A stretch of 32,000 nucleotides of DNA from Bacillus subtilis subsp. subtilis str. 168 (lineage in GTDB: Bacteria > Bacillota > Bacilli > Bacillales > Bacillaceae): contig NC_000964.3 in assembly GCF_000009045.1 (NCBI RefSeq), positions 450,001-482,000 on the forward strand, in the 5' to 3' direction. Shown here in pieces: positions 17,130 through 26,557 of this stretch. The notes beneath the pieces were generated by a model, which was given only the letters and a program-made list of their open reading frames with translations, did not search any database and had not been told where the DNA came from. Made by a program: the position numbers and the translations under genes. How positions within the stretch are numbered: position 1 is the first letter of the stretch; the number at the start of each line of letters is the position of its first letter.

Positions 17130-19214
17130 ATGTATATGACTGCCAGAGAACAAAAGCTGTTAAAGCACTTATTATTACAAAACAGATATATAACCGTAAC
17201 TGAGCTTGCTGAGCTGATGCAAGTCAGCACGAGAACCATTCACAGGGAACTCAAATCAATTAAACCGCTGATGGAAACCGTGGGGCTTACGTTAGATAAA
17301 CAGCCCGGTAAAGGGTTGAAAGCAGTGGGAAGTCCCGAGGGTAAACAAAAGCTGCTTACTGATTTATCATATGAACAGCATGAATACAGCGCCGACGAAC
17401 GGAAACTGCTCATTCTTTGTTCGTTATTAGAGTCTCAGGAGCCCGTCAAACTGTACACGCTTGCTCATGATCTCCAGGTGACGAATGCCACGGTCAGCTA
17501 TGACTTAGATGAGCTCGAGAAGTGGATTTCTCCCTTTGGACTGACACTGATCCGCAAAAGAGGTTTTGGCATCCAGCTCATAGGGCCGGAGAATGCGAAA
17601 CGGAAAATTGTCGGCAACTTGATTGTGAACCGTCTCGACATCCAAATGTTTTTGGAAGCGGTTGAATTAAACATCAAAGGAAAAACCGATTCTTCAGAGA
17701 AAATGTTCGGGGTTGTCAGCAAAGGTGAGCTGTTAAAAATGGAGCGCATCTTATTTCAGCTCAAAGAAAAAATCGCTTTTTCATTGTCCGACAGCTCCTA
17801 TATAGCGCTCGTCGTCCATCTGACGTATGCGATCGAACGAATTAAGCTTGGGGAAACTATCACCATGGAGCAAAATGAGCTTGAGGAACTGATGAATGCG
17901 AAGGAATACAGCTCCGCTCTTGAAATCGCGGGCGAGCTTGAACGTGCCTTCGGCGTGACGATTCCAGAGGCGGAGGTCGGCTATATTACAATCCATCTTC
18001 GAAGCGCCAATCGAAAATACAAAACAGAATACAAAGCGCAGGAAATTGAGCTGGAAACAGCCCTGCAAACAAAGCGGCTCATTGCTTTTATTTCAGACAA
18101 AATCAGAATGGATCTGACGAAAAACTACTCTTTATATGAAGGCTTGATTGCCCATTTGGAGCCGGCCGTCAGCCGCATAAAAGAAAATATTGAGATATAC
18201 AATCCGATGAAGGAACAGATCAAGCGCGATTATTTTCTGCTTTATATGGCGATCGAAGAAGGTGTCGAAAAGTATTTTCCGGGCATGTCCTTTTCTGATG
18301 ATGAAATCGCTTTTATCGTTCTTCACTTTGGCTCGGCTCTTGAAATCAAAAAAGAAGAAGCAAAAGTGAAAGCGCTTGTCGTCTGCTCAAGCGGGATCGG
18401 CTCCTCGAAAATGCTTGCCTCCAGACTGAAAAAAGAGCTGCCGGAAATTGAATCGTTTGATATGTCATCTCTGATCGAGCTAAAGGGGAAGGATGTTCAA
18501 GCCTATGATATGATTGTGTCCACTGTACCGATTCCTTATGAAAACATTGATTACATCATGGTCAGCCCACTATTAAATGAGGAAGACGCAAACCAGGTCA
18601 AGCAGTATATCAAGCGGAAGATTCCCCTTATTCTTAACAAAAAAAGAAGCTCGAAGGAAGAGGCGCAGCAAGCTGATGTACCTGACATGCTGGAGGCGGC
18701 GGAAAGCATAGGGCGGTATATGGAAGTTATCCAAGATGTTCTGCGCCATTTTACGCTAGCTCAACTCAAAACAAACCCGGACCATAGCATGCTTCTGCTA
18801 GAGCTTTTTCAACAGCTGAAGAAGGATGGCCTGATCCGTGATCCGGAAAAAGCCGCGGTTTGCCTGGCTGAGCGGGAGAAACAAGGGGGATTGGGAATCC
18901 CCGGAACAAACATGGCGCTTTATCATCTCAAAAATGATGAAATCGTCCTGCCTTTTTTCAAAATGTTTGATCTCAGCACCCCCTATGAAGTGGATGGCAT
19001 GGACGGAAATACCCTCAGGATGACACGCATTCTCGTCATGATGGCGCCTGGCTCATTATCTGCTGAAGGCTCGGAGATTTTAAGCGCGATCAGCTCGGCA
19101 ATTATCGAGAGCGGAGAAAGCATGGCGGGGTTTCAGGAAGAAGGAGGACAAGAATTGTATCAGCGGTTAAACCGCATATTTTTCACATGGATGAAAGAAA
19201 AAAACATACTGTAA
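17130..19214 (+). CDS. mtlR: Mannitol operon transcriptional activator (HTH, two PRDs, IIB-like and IIA-like domains)
   Basis: DeoR/BglG-type HTH ([24 protein letters not shown]); PRD histidine regions; IIB-like [16 protein letters not shown]; C-terminal IIA-like domain; strong AGGAGG. Confidence 0.95.
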
Positions 19215-19224
19215 ACCTGCATGG

Positions 19225-19253
19225 CACACGTCAAAAATTTGGCGTGTGTTTTT
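19225..19253 (+). terminator. Intrinsic terminator of mtlR
   Basis: cacacgtc-aaaaattt-ggcgtgtg followed by ttttt. Confidence 0.85.
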
Positions 19254-19425
19254 CTGTGGATGGGGAACAAAATAAGAAAATGTGGGACTATTTTATCATT
19301 CAGTATTGGAATAATTCCAAAATGAAATAGTTTTACAAGTTATCTTTTTTGGGTTAAAATGGGTGAGGTAAGGAAGAAAATCTAACAAATTATTGAAGAT
19401 TCAAGAGAATATAGGAGATGACGAT

Positions 19426-20937
19426 ATGGAAACATTACAGCATCTGATTCTGCATGACATGCCGAATAGCGAAGAAATAGAGGCTGTAAAAAGCGGAGAC
19501 CATACACTGACATATAAAGGTTACCGTAAACGGATTAATCAGCTGGCGAATGCCATGCTTCAAAAAGGAATTCAAAAGGGCGACCGTGTTGCATTGCTTT
19601 GCAAAAACGGCCATCCCGCCTCAACTGTTATGTTCGCCGCACTTGAAATAGGTGCTGTTGTCGTACCTGTCAGCTGGCAGCTGAAACCATATGAAATGAC
19701 AGGCATTTTAAAAGCAAGTGAACCAAAAGCGATGTTTTACGGAGCGGAGTTTAAAGAGATACTGGATGAAGTTCTTCCTGAATTGTCCTCACTGTGTGTA
19801 ACAATGGAAACAGGAACAGCTTACGAAACATCTGCTGAATTTGAAGCGCTGTTTGCAGGTCCTGATCATTTGCCAGAGACGGAAATGGTTTCACCTGATG
19901 ATACAGCACTTCTGATGTTTACATCTGGAACAACGGGAAACCCGAAAAGATGCATGATTACACATGGCGGCATATACAGATACGTTAAAAAATCCAACAG
20001 CTCAATAGCACGTATGAAGGGCCTTCGTTTTCTCGCGTGCCATCCGATTTATCATACGAGTGCGCTCATTTGCATCATGCTTGGAACGTTTGCAGAAACA
20101 ACATTTGTGTTTACAAAGGATCAAGATCCTGTTCACATGCTGAAGGTCATTGAAGAAGAGAAGATTCAGACCGTGATGGCTCTTCCTGTGTTCTACACGT
20201 ATTTGCTTGAGGCGTGGGAAAAGCACCAAACTGACTTATCTTCGCTTGTTATTTTAATGACAGGCGGAACAAAAGTGCCGAGCAGCCTAATAAGCCGCTA
20301 TCTTGATATTGGCATTCCGCTTGCGCATGGCTATGGAAGTACTGAGGCTTGGGGCATCAGCACATGGACGCCTGATATGGGAATGGATAAAGCGGCATCT
20401 GCAGGAAAACCTGTGGCAGGTGTTAAAGTCAAAGTGGAAGATCCTCTGACCGGAGAAGAACTTCCTCAAGGAGAAATCGGCGAAATCGTTGTTCATACTC
20501 CATTCTTATTTAAAGGCTATGAAGACAATCCTGAAGCAACAGCGAAAGTGCTGCAAAATGGATGGTTTAGAACCGGAGATTCAGGATATGTAGATGAAGA
20601 TGGCTTTATTTTCATCACGGGACGCTACAAGGATGTCATTATTTACGGAGGCGATAACGTCTATCCTGATCAGGTTGAAGAAGTTATCCAGCAGATCCCG
20701 GGAATCCTTGAAACGGCTGTGGTCGGTATTCCTGACCCGCTTTACGGTGAAAAACCGAAAGCTTTTATCGTGAAAAATGGCGGCCAGCGCATCACGGAAG
20801 AGGATGTCATCGCATTTTGTAAAGAACGCCTGTCCGCTTACAAAATACCTGAAGTTGAATTTGTTAACGAACTGCCGAAAAACAACCTTGGCAAGGTGAA
20901 AAAAGACGTCCTGCGCAATCAGGCTGTACATTCATAA
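19426..20937 (+). CDS. ydaB: Acyl-CoA synthetase / AMP-dependent ligase family
   Basis: MFTSGTTGNPK AMP-binding motif; YGSTEAWG; GWFRTGDSGYVDEDGFIFITGR; ATAGGAG before ATG 19426 (track starts at 19393). Confidence 0.9.
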   Translation: METLQHLILHDMPNSEEIEAVKSGDHTLTYKGYRKRINQLANAMLQKGIQKGDRVALLCKNGHPASTVMFAALEIGAVVVPVSWQLKPYEMTGILKASEPKAMFYGAEFKEILDEVLPELSSLCVTMETGTAYETSAEFEALFAGPDHLPETEMVSPDDTALLMFTSGTTGNPKRCMITHGGIYRYVKKSNSSIARMKGLRFLACHPIYHTSALICIMLGTFAETTFVFTKDQDPVHMLKVIEEEKIQTVMALPVFYTYLLEAWEKHQTDLSSLVILMTGGTKVPSSLISRYLDIGIPLAHGYGSTEAWGISTWTPDMGMDKAASAGKPVAGVKVKVEDPLTGEELPQGEIGEIVVHTPFLFKGYEDNPEATAKVLQNGWFRTGDSGYVDEDGFIFITGRYKDVIIYGGDNVYPDQVEEVIQQIPGILETAVVGIPDPLYGEKPKAFIVKNGGQRITEEDVIAFCKERLSAYKIPEVEFVNELPKNNLGKVKKDVLRNQAVHS

Positions 20938-20942
20938 AAGAA

Positions 20943-20975
20943 GAAGCCCGTCCACTTTATGTGGCGGGCTTCTTT
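20943..20975. terminator. Bidirectional terminator between ydaB and ydaC, overlapping the ydaC 3' end
   Basis: gaagcccg-tccac-tttatgtgg-cgggcttcttt. Confidence 0.85.
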
Positions 20976-21502
20976 GCAGTTGCACAGACGGAAAGCTCAG
21001 GCTTAATGTTCTTAAATTGTATATCAATGTCTTCGAAGCCGGCTGCTTTAAAGTCAGCAATCATCTGTCTTCCAAATGATTTGGTTTTCTCAGGACTGGC
21101 ATCCGCTTCCCGCGGCTGCATCGTAATGGCTGCTTTGCCGCCTGGCTTTAATGCCCGATAAATCTGTTTTATGCCTTTTGTTTGGTCATTCCAAATGGTG
21201 TAGTTGTTAACGGAAATCACTTTATCATAAAACGAGGCGGGGAGAGGAAATGTCTCGATGCTTCCTTGTATCAGGCGTACGCCCTTTGGTTTCACTCTGC
21301 GGGCGGCCAGCTTCAGCATGGCCTCTGATACATCAATCCCATGAAGATGAACATCCTTCTCGCGTTTCAGCATCTGCTGCATGCAGTATCCCGGGCCAAA
21401 CCCGACTTCTAAAATGCTGTCCCCGCGCGTGATACCCAGCTGATTGATTGTCCACTGATTCAGTGTTTGATTTTCAGCAGCCATGATGTACCCGGCAATC
21501 AT
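20957..21502 (-). CDS. ydaC: SAM-dependent methyltransferase (181 aa; ORF track extends N-terminally to 21553)
   Basis: Motif I ILEVGFGPGYCMQQML; GIDVSEAML; start choice uncertain. Confidence 0.85.
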   Translation of the reverse strand: MIAGYIMAAENQTLNQWTINQLGITRGDSILEVGFGPGYCMQQMLKREKDVHLHGIDVSEAMLKLAARRVKPKGVRLIQGSIETFPLPASFYDKVISVNNYTIWNDQTKGIKQIYRALKPGGKAAITMQPREADASPEKTKSFGRQMIADFKAAGFEDIDIQFKNIKPELSVCATAKKPAT

Positions 21503-21644
21503 GCCGATGACGCCCTTTGGCCTGCTGAATCTTCTAGAAAGCATGTTAATCATTCAGCAACCAACCCCCTTTTTGAGTTAATTTCCTCTCAGCGTTCCAT
21601 GTGAAACATTTTTCTGATAAAGCAATGCGAAGGTGCCAAGCCAT

Positions 21645-21670
21645 GTTTATCCAAAGAGTGTGTGAGGTAC
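21645..21670 (+). promoter_or_regulatory. SigB-like promoter for ydaD
   Basis: GTTTAT (21645-21650), N14, AGGTAC (21665-21670), against GTTTAA-N12-15-GGGWAW. Confidence 0.6.
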
Positions 21671-21708
21671 ACAACAAATAGACATGAAAACAAAGGAGGA
21701 GAATCATC

Positions 21709-22569
21709 ATGGCAAATTATCCAAAAGAACTGCCGGCACAAACTCAAAGTCGCCAGCCGGGAATTGAAAGCGAAATGAATCCAAGTCCGGTGTATGAGTA
21801 CGAGGATTATAAAGGAGCAGACAAATTAAAAGGAAAAGTAGCTCTTATTACAGGCGGCGACAGCGGGATCGGACGCGCGGTTTCCGTCGCTTACGCAAAG
21901 GAAGGCGCAGACATCGCCATTGTGTATAAGGATGAGCATGAAGACGCTGAGGAGACGAAGAAACGTGTTGAACAAGAAGGCGTAAAATGCCTGCTGATTG
22001 CTGGTGACGTAGGTGAAGAGGAATTCTGCAATGAAGCGGTTGAAAAAACGGTCAAGGAACTAGGCGGCCTTGACATCCTTGTCAACAATGCAGGTGAACA
22101 GCACCCGAAGGAAAGCATCAAAGATATTACGAGCGAACAGCTTCACCGCACATTCAAAACAAATTTTTATTCTCAATTTTATTTGACTAAAAAAGCAATT
22201 GATTACCTGAAACCGGGCAGCGCCATCATCAATACGACATCCATCAACCCGTACGTAGGGAACCCGACACTGATTGATTATACAGCGACAAAAGGGGCGA
22301 TCAATGCCTTTACAAGAACAATGGCGCAGGCGCTTGTCAAAGACGGCATCCGTGTAAATGCAGTCGCGCCGGGTCCAATTTGGACGCCACTAATCCCAGC
22401 TACGTTCCCTGAAGAAACAGTTGCTCAATTTGGGCAAGATACGCCGATGGGCCGTCCTGGACAGCCTGTTGAGCACGTCGGCTGTTATGTGCTTCTGGCA
22501 TCAGATGAGTCCTCTTACATGACAGGTCAGACCCTGCATGTCAACGGCGGAAACTTTGTGACGACATAA
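21709..22569 (+). CDS. ydaD: Short-chain dehydrogenase/reductase (general stress protein 39)
   Basis: TGGDSGIGRAVSVAYAKEGAD; DILVNNAGEQ; YTATKGA; AAGGAGG. Confidence 0.95.
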   Translation: MANYPKELPAQTQSRQPGIESEMNPSPVYEYEDYKGADKLKGKVALITGGDSGIGRAVSVAYAKEGADIAIVYKDEHEDAEETKKRVEQEGVKCLLIAGDVGEEEFCNEAVEKTVKELGGLDILVNNAGEQHPKESIKDITSEQLHRTFKTNFYSQFYLTKKAIDYLKPGSAIINTTSINPYVGNPTLIDYTATKGAINAFTRTMAQALVKDGIRVNAVAPGPIWTPLIPATFPEETVAQFGQDTPMGRPGQPVEHVGCYVLLASDESSYMTGQTLHVNGGNFVTT

Positions 22570-23088
<519 letters not shown>

Positions 23089-23089
23089 G

Positions 23090-23116
23090 GATGGGCTTAA
23101 CAGCCCATCCTTTTTG
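23090..23116 (+). terminator. Intrinsic terminator of ydaDE
   Basis: ggatgggc-ttaaca-gcccatccttttt. Confidence 0.9.
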
Positions 23117-23119
23117 TAT

Positions 23120-23147
23120 TGAAAAAAACAGAATCATCGCTATAATG
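23120..23147 (+). promoter_or_regulatory. SigA-type promoter of ydaF
   Basis: TTGAAA (23120-23125), 16 nt, TATAAT (23142-23147). Confidence 0.6.
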
Positions 23148-23173
23148 GGTAAAAAAGGAAAGAGGGCGAGGCA

Positions 23174-23725
23174 ATGTTCACTTGCAAGGTAAATGAGCAC
23201 ATCACCATCCGATTATTGGAGCCGAAGGATGCGGAGCGGCTGGCCGAACTCATTATCCAAAATCAGCAGCGGCTTGGCAAGTGGCTGTTTTTTGCGGAAA
23301 ATCCAAGCAGCGCTGACACGTACCGAGAAACAATCATTCCAGATTGGCGGCGCCAGTATGCCGACCTGAACGGCATTGAGGCGGGTCTCCTTTATGACGG
23401 CAGCCTATGCGGCATGATCAGCCTGCATAACCTTGATCAAGTGAATCGTAAGGCGGAAATCGGATATTGGATTGCCAAAGAATTTGAAGGGAAAGGCATT
23501 ATTACAGCTGCCTGCCGAAAACTCATTACGTATGCTTTTGAAGAGCTTGAGCTGAATCGTGTGGCGATCTGTGCGGCTGTCGGAAACGAAAAAAGCAGAG
23601 CGGTTCCGGAGCGGATCGGGTTTCTAGAGGAAGGAAAGGCACGGGATGGCTTATACGTAAACGGCATGCATCACGACCTCGTCTACTACAGTCTGTTAAA
23701 GCGTGAATGGGAAGGCGAAAAATAA
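23174..23725 (+). CDS. ydaF: RimJ/RimL-type GNAT N-acetyltransferase
   Basis: RLLEPKDAERLAELI; AEIGYWIAKEFEGKGIITAACRKLITYAF; RVAICAAVGNEKSRAVPERIGF. Confidence 0.92.
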   Translation: MFTCKVNEHITIRLLEPKDAERLAELIIQNQQRLGKWLFFAENPSSADTYRETIIPDWRRQYADLNGIEAGLLYDGSLCGMISLHNLDQVNRKAEIGYWIAKEFEGKGIITAACRKLITYAFEELELNRVAICAAVGNEKSRAVPERIGFLEEGKARDGLYVNGMHHDLVYYSLLKREWEGEK

Positions 23726-23740
23726 AGAGCACACTTTCTT

Positions 23741-23766
23741 GTTTAAATCTTCCCCGGATGTGGAAA
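23741..23766 (+). promoter_or_regulatory. SigB-like promoter for ydaG
   Basis: GTTTAA (23741-23746), N14, TGGAAA (23761-23766). Confidence 0.6.
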
Positions 23767-23802
23767 AGTAACAGCGGAGACGTTAAAAAGGAGTGATTCG
23801 AG

Positions 23803-24225
23803 ATGAATCAGCAAGACATTAAACAAAAAGTGCTTGATGTTCTAGATCACCATAAAGTAGGTTCGCTCGCAACAGTTCAAAAGGGCAAACCGCATTCCCG
23901 CTACATGACTTTTTTCCATGACGGGCTGACGATTTACACACCGACAAGCAAGGAAACTCATAAAGCGGAAGAAATTGAGAACAACCCCAATGTCCACATT
24001 TTATTAGGCTATGATTGTGAAGGTTTTGGCGACGCATATGTCGAAGTTGCCGGAAAAGCAAAGATCAACAATTCGGCAGAACTCAAGGACAAAATATGGA
24101 GTTCCAAATTAGAGCGCTGGTTTGACGGCAAGGATGATCCGAATCTGGTGATTCTTGAAATTGAACCGGAGGATATCAGATTAATGAATGCCGGGGAGAA
24201 AACACCGGTCTCACTCGAACTATAA
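23803..24225 (+). CDS. ydaG: Pyridoxamine-phosphate-oxidase-like FMN-binding protein (general stress protein 26)
   Basis: VGSLATVQKGKPHSRYMTFFHDG; SKLERWFDGKDDPNLVILEIEPE. Confidence 0.92.
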   Translation: MNQQDIKQKVLDVLDHHKVGSLATVQKGKPHSRYMTFFHDGLTIYTPTSKETHKAEEIENNPNVHILLGYDCEGFGDAYVEVAGKAKINNSAELKDKIWSSKLERWFDGKDDPNLVILEIEPEDIRLMNAGEKTPVSLEL

Positions 24226-24240
24226 AAAATTTGTGTTTTC

Positions 24241-24394
24241 AGGGGCGATATGTTATTATGAATAGCTAGTAAGAAAAATAAGCAAATAAAAAAGAAAGTA
24301 AACTTCTTTTTTCTGTTTTGAGAGAGAAGCTTACCGCTTCCCAAGCAGCATAACCAGCTGCCCTTATTCTTTTCCTTCATAACAAATCGCCCCT
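24241..24394. ncRNA. Candidate structured non-coding element bounded by a long imperfect inverted repeat
   Basis: 24241-24262 pairs with 24376-24394 (about 18 bp, one mismatch, 3-nt bulge); inner hairpins at 24288-24312 and two GC-containing stems at about 24326-24360. Overlapping promoter-like TTGTGT-N17-TATTAT at 24231-24259. Confidence 0.35.
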
Positions 24395-24618
24395 AACGAT
24401 GAGATGGAAAAAAGACTTTTTTGTTTTACAATTCACACCGGCGCGGCTTCGGAGCCGCAGTGACGATTGAGAGGTAGGGCTTTCGTTGTCTTGTGTTCAA
24501 GAAATTTCCATGGTGTTTACTTTCCAGAATGATTCTTCGGAACAATGCTTTATGAATCTAACCCGCCTGACTTGGCGGATGATATAATCTTTATTTGCGT
24601 ATAGAAAAGAATAAGACA

Positions 24619-24650
24619 AACCGCCCGGCGTACGCCGGACGGTTTTTTTA
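24619..24650 (+). terminator. Strong intrinsic terminator upstream of ydaH with no preceding ORF
   Basis: aaaccgcccggcg-ta-cgccggacggttttttta. Confidence 0.85.
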
Positions 24651-24670
24651 TTGCAAAAAACACATCGTAC

Positions 24671-24697
24671 TGAAACCTCCTTGTCTTCTTTCCAGTC
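24671..24697 (+). promoter_or_regulatory. SigM/ECF-like promoter for ydaH (amj)
   Basis: TGAAAC (24671-24676), N17, AGTC (24694-24697), against TGAAAC-N16-17-CGTC. Confidence 0.5.
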
Positions 24698-24730
24698 TTA
24701 TCTCTAGGATGAAATTGGAGGAAGAATAAC

Positions 24731-25540
24731 GTGCATGTCATTACAACACAAGTACTTTTTATTTTTTGTTTTTTATTGCTGATTCACTCGATAGAAACCT
24801 TAGCCTATGCGACAAGGCTTTCCGGAGCTCGCGTTGGATTTATTGCGTCCGCGCTTTCTCTGTTTAATGTCATGGTCATCGTATCCAGAATGTCGAATAT
24901 GGTGCAGCAGCCCTTTACTGGGCATTTAATTGATGATGCTGGAAAAAACGCACTGGCGATTGTAGGGGAGCAGTTCCGCTTTTTAATTTTCGGATCGACA
25001 GTCGGCACCATTTTGGGCATTATCCTGCTCCCGTCTTTTGTCGCTCTTTTTTCACGGGCGATTATTCACTTGGCGGGCGGCGGCGGCTCCGTTTTTCAAG
25101 TATTCCGAAAGGGATTCTCGAAACAAGGATTCAAAAATGCCCTTTCCTATTTGCGTCTGCCGTCCATTTCATATGTAAAAGGATTTCATATGCGCTTGAT
25201 TCCGAAGCGTTTGTTTGTCATCAACATGCTGATCACATCGATTTATACGATTGGTGTGCTTTCGGCTTTATACGCAGGCCTTTTGGCGCCGGAGCGCAGC
25301 ACGACAGCCGTCATGGCTTCGGGTTTGATCAACGGAATTGCAACGATGCTGCTGGCTATTTTTGTTGATCCTAAGGTATCCGTTCTTGCTGATGATGTGG
25401 CAAAAGGAAAACGAAGCTATATCTATTTAAAATGGACCTCTGTCACAATGGTCACATCAAGGGTGGCGGGCACACTCCTCGCCCAGCTCATGTTTATTCC
25501 CGGGGCCTACTATATCGCGTGGCTGACAAAGTGGTTTTAA
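24731..25540 (+). CDS. amj (ydaH): Alternate lipid II flippase Amj
   Basis: Polytopic membrane protein; recognised by sequence and context; GTG start after GGAGGAA. Confidence 0.9.
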   Translation: MHVITTQVLFIFCFLLLIHSIETLAYATRLSGARVGFIASALSLFNVMVIVSRMSNMVQQPFTGHLIDDAGKNALAIVGEQFRFLIFGSTVGTILGIILLPSFVALFSRAIIHLAGGGGSVFQVFRKGFSKQGFKNALSYLRLPSISYVKGFHMRLIPKRLFVINMLITSIYTIGVLSALYAGLLAPERSTTAVMASGLINGIATMLLAIFVDPKVSVLADDVAKGKRSYIYLKWTSVTMVTSRVAGTLLAQLMFIPGAYYIAWLTKWF

Positions 25541-25544
25541 TAAG

Positions 25545-25575
25545 AAAGGCTGGATCATAAAGATCCAGCCTTTTT
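25545..25575. terminator. Intrinsic terminator between amj and ydzA
   Basis: aaaggctggatc-ataaa-gatccagccttttt. Confidence 0.88.
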
Positions 25576-25583
25576 GCGCTTCC

Positions 25584-25874
25584 TTATTTATAGTTCCTTA
25601 ATCCGCGGTCGTACAAAAAATTTCCGAATGGGACGAAAGCGGCGATGAAGCCGGCAGCTGACCATTTCAGCGGCCATTTGACAGAGAAGGTTGCATAAGC
25701 CAAGACAAGCAAATACAAAATGAACAACCCGCCGTGAACCGAACCGACAATTGTCACCGCAAGCGGAAGGCCTGCCCAATATTTAAGCGGCATAGCGATG
25801 AACAACAGGATTAAGAGTGACATTCCTTCAATAAAACCCATCGTGCGAAGTCTTCCGATCGGCGTGTGCAGCAT
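25584..25874 (-). CDS. ydzA: DUF3817 membrane protein
   Basis: FIEGMSLLILLFIAMPLKYW; VHGGLFILYL; ATG 25874 follows GGAGGG. Confidence 0.85.
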   Translation of the reverse strand: MLHTPIGRLRTMGFIEGMSLLILLFIAMPLKYWAGLPLAVTIVGSVHGGLFILYLLVLAYATFSVKWPLKWSAAGFIAAFVPFGNFLYDRGLRNYK

Positions 25875-26058
25875 AAATCGCCCTCCTTGTGGACACGTTT
25901 TCATTTTATACTATAAACAATCCGGGGGGGCATATGACAGCTTTCAAAAAATGTTCGGAAAACATTCATTTTTACATGCCTTTTCTAGGGAACTGTACTT
26001 GTCATTTACAAAAATACCCGAGATAATGTGTACAAAATCAAAAAAGAAGGATGTTGAA

Positions 26059-26493
26059 ATGAAACTTGACCAGATTGATCTGAATATCATTGAGGAGCTG
26101 AAGAAGGACAGCCGTTTGTCGATGAGGGAATTAGGCAGAAAAATTAAGCTGTCGCCTCCATCTGTAACAGAACGGGTAAGACAGCTTGAATCGTTTGGCA
26201 TCATCAAGCAATACACGCTGGAGGTCGACCAGAAAAAACTGGGGCTTCCCGTTTCCTGCATTGTGGAAGCAACCGTTAAAAACGCGGATTATGAGCGGTT
26301 CAAAAGCTATATTCAAACATTGCCGAATATTGAATTTTGCTACCGGATTGCGGGTGCAGCCTGCTATATGCTGAAAATCAATGCCGAAAGCCTCGAAGCG
26401 GTAGAAGATTTCATTAACAAAACATCGCCCTACGCGCAAACCGTCACTCACGTCATTTTCTCAGAAATTGACACGAAAAACGGGCGCGGTTAG
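26059..26493 (+). CDS. lrpC: Lrp/AsnC-family regulator
   Basis: MKLDQIDLNIIEELKKDSRLSMRELGRKIKLSPPSVTERVRQLESFGII; the track start at 25798 is an unlikely extension. Confidence 0.93.
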   Translation: MKLDQIDLNIIEELKKDSRLSMRELGRKIKLSPPSVTERVRQLESFGIIKQYTLEVDQKKLGLPVSCIVEATVKNADYERFKSYIQTLPNIEFCYRIAGAACYMLKINAESLEAVEDFINKTSPYAQTVTHVIFSEIDTKNGRG

Positions 26494-26557
26494 AGAGTGC
26501 CGCGCGAAGTCTGTTATAATAACAGGATGAGCGTGAAAGAAAGAGAAGTGATCAAGC

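Noticed and set aside
17130-19214. mtlR lying about 14 kb from mtlAFD as a possible rearrangement
   Set aside because: As I recall, this separation is the normal B. subtilis arrangement, so it is not evidence of a rearrangement.
24550-24741. 63-aa minus-strand ORF in the ydaG-ydaH gap
   Set aside because: Overlaps the amj start codon and crosses the strong terminator; low-complexity-looking product without a ribosome-binding site.
25798-26058. N-terminal extension of the lrpC ORF in the track
   Set aside because: The extension overlaps the divergent ydzA start region; LrpC homology begins at MKLDQIDLNIIEEL (26059) with a local AAGAAGG ribosome-binding site.
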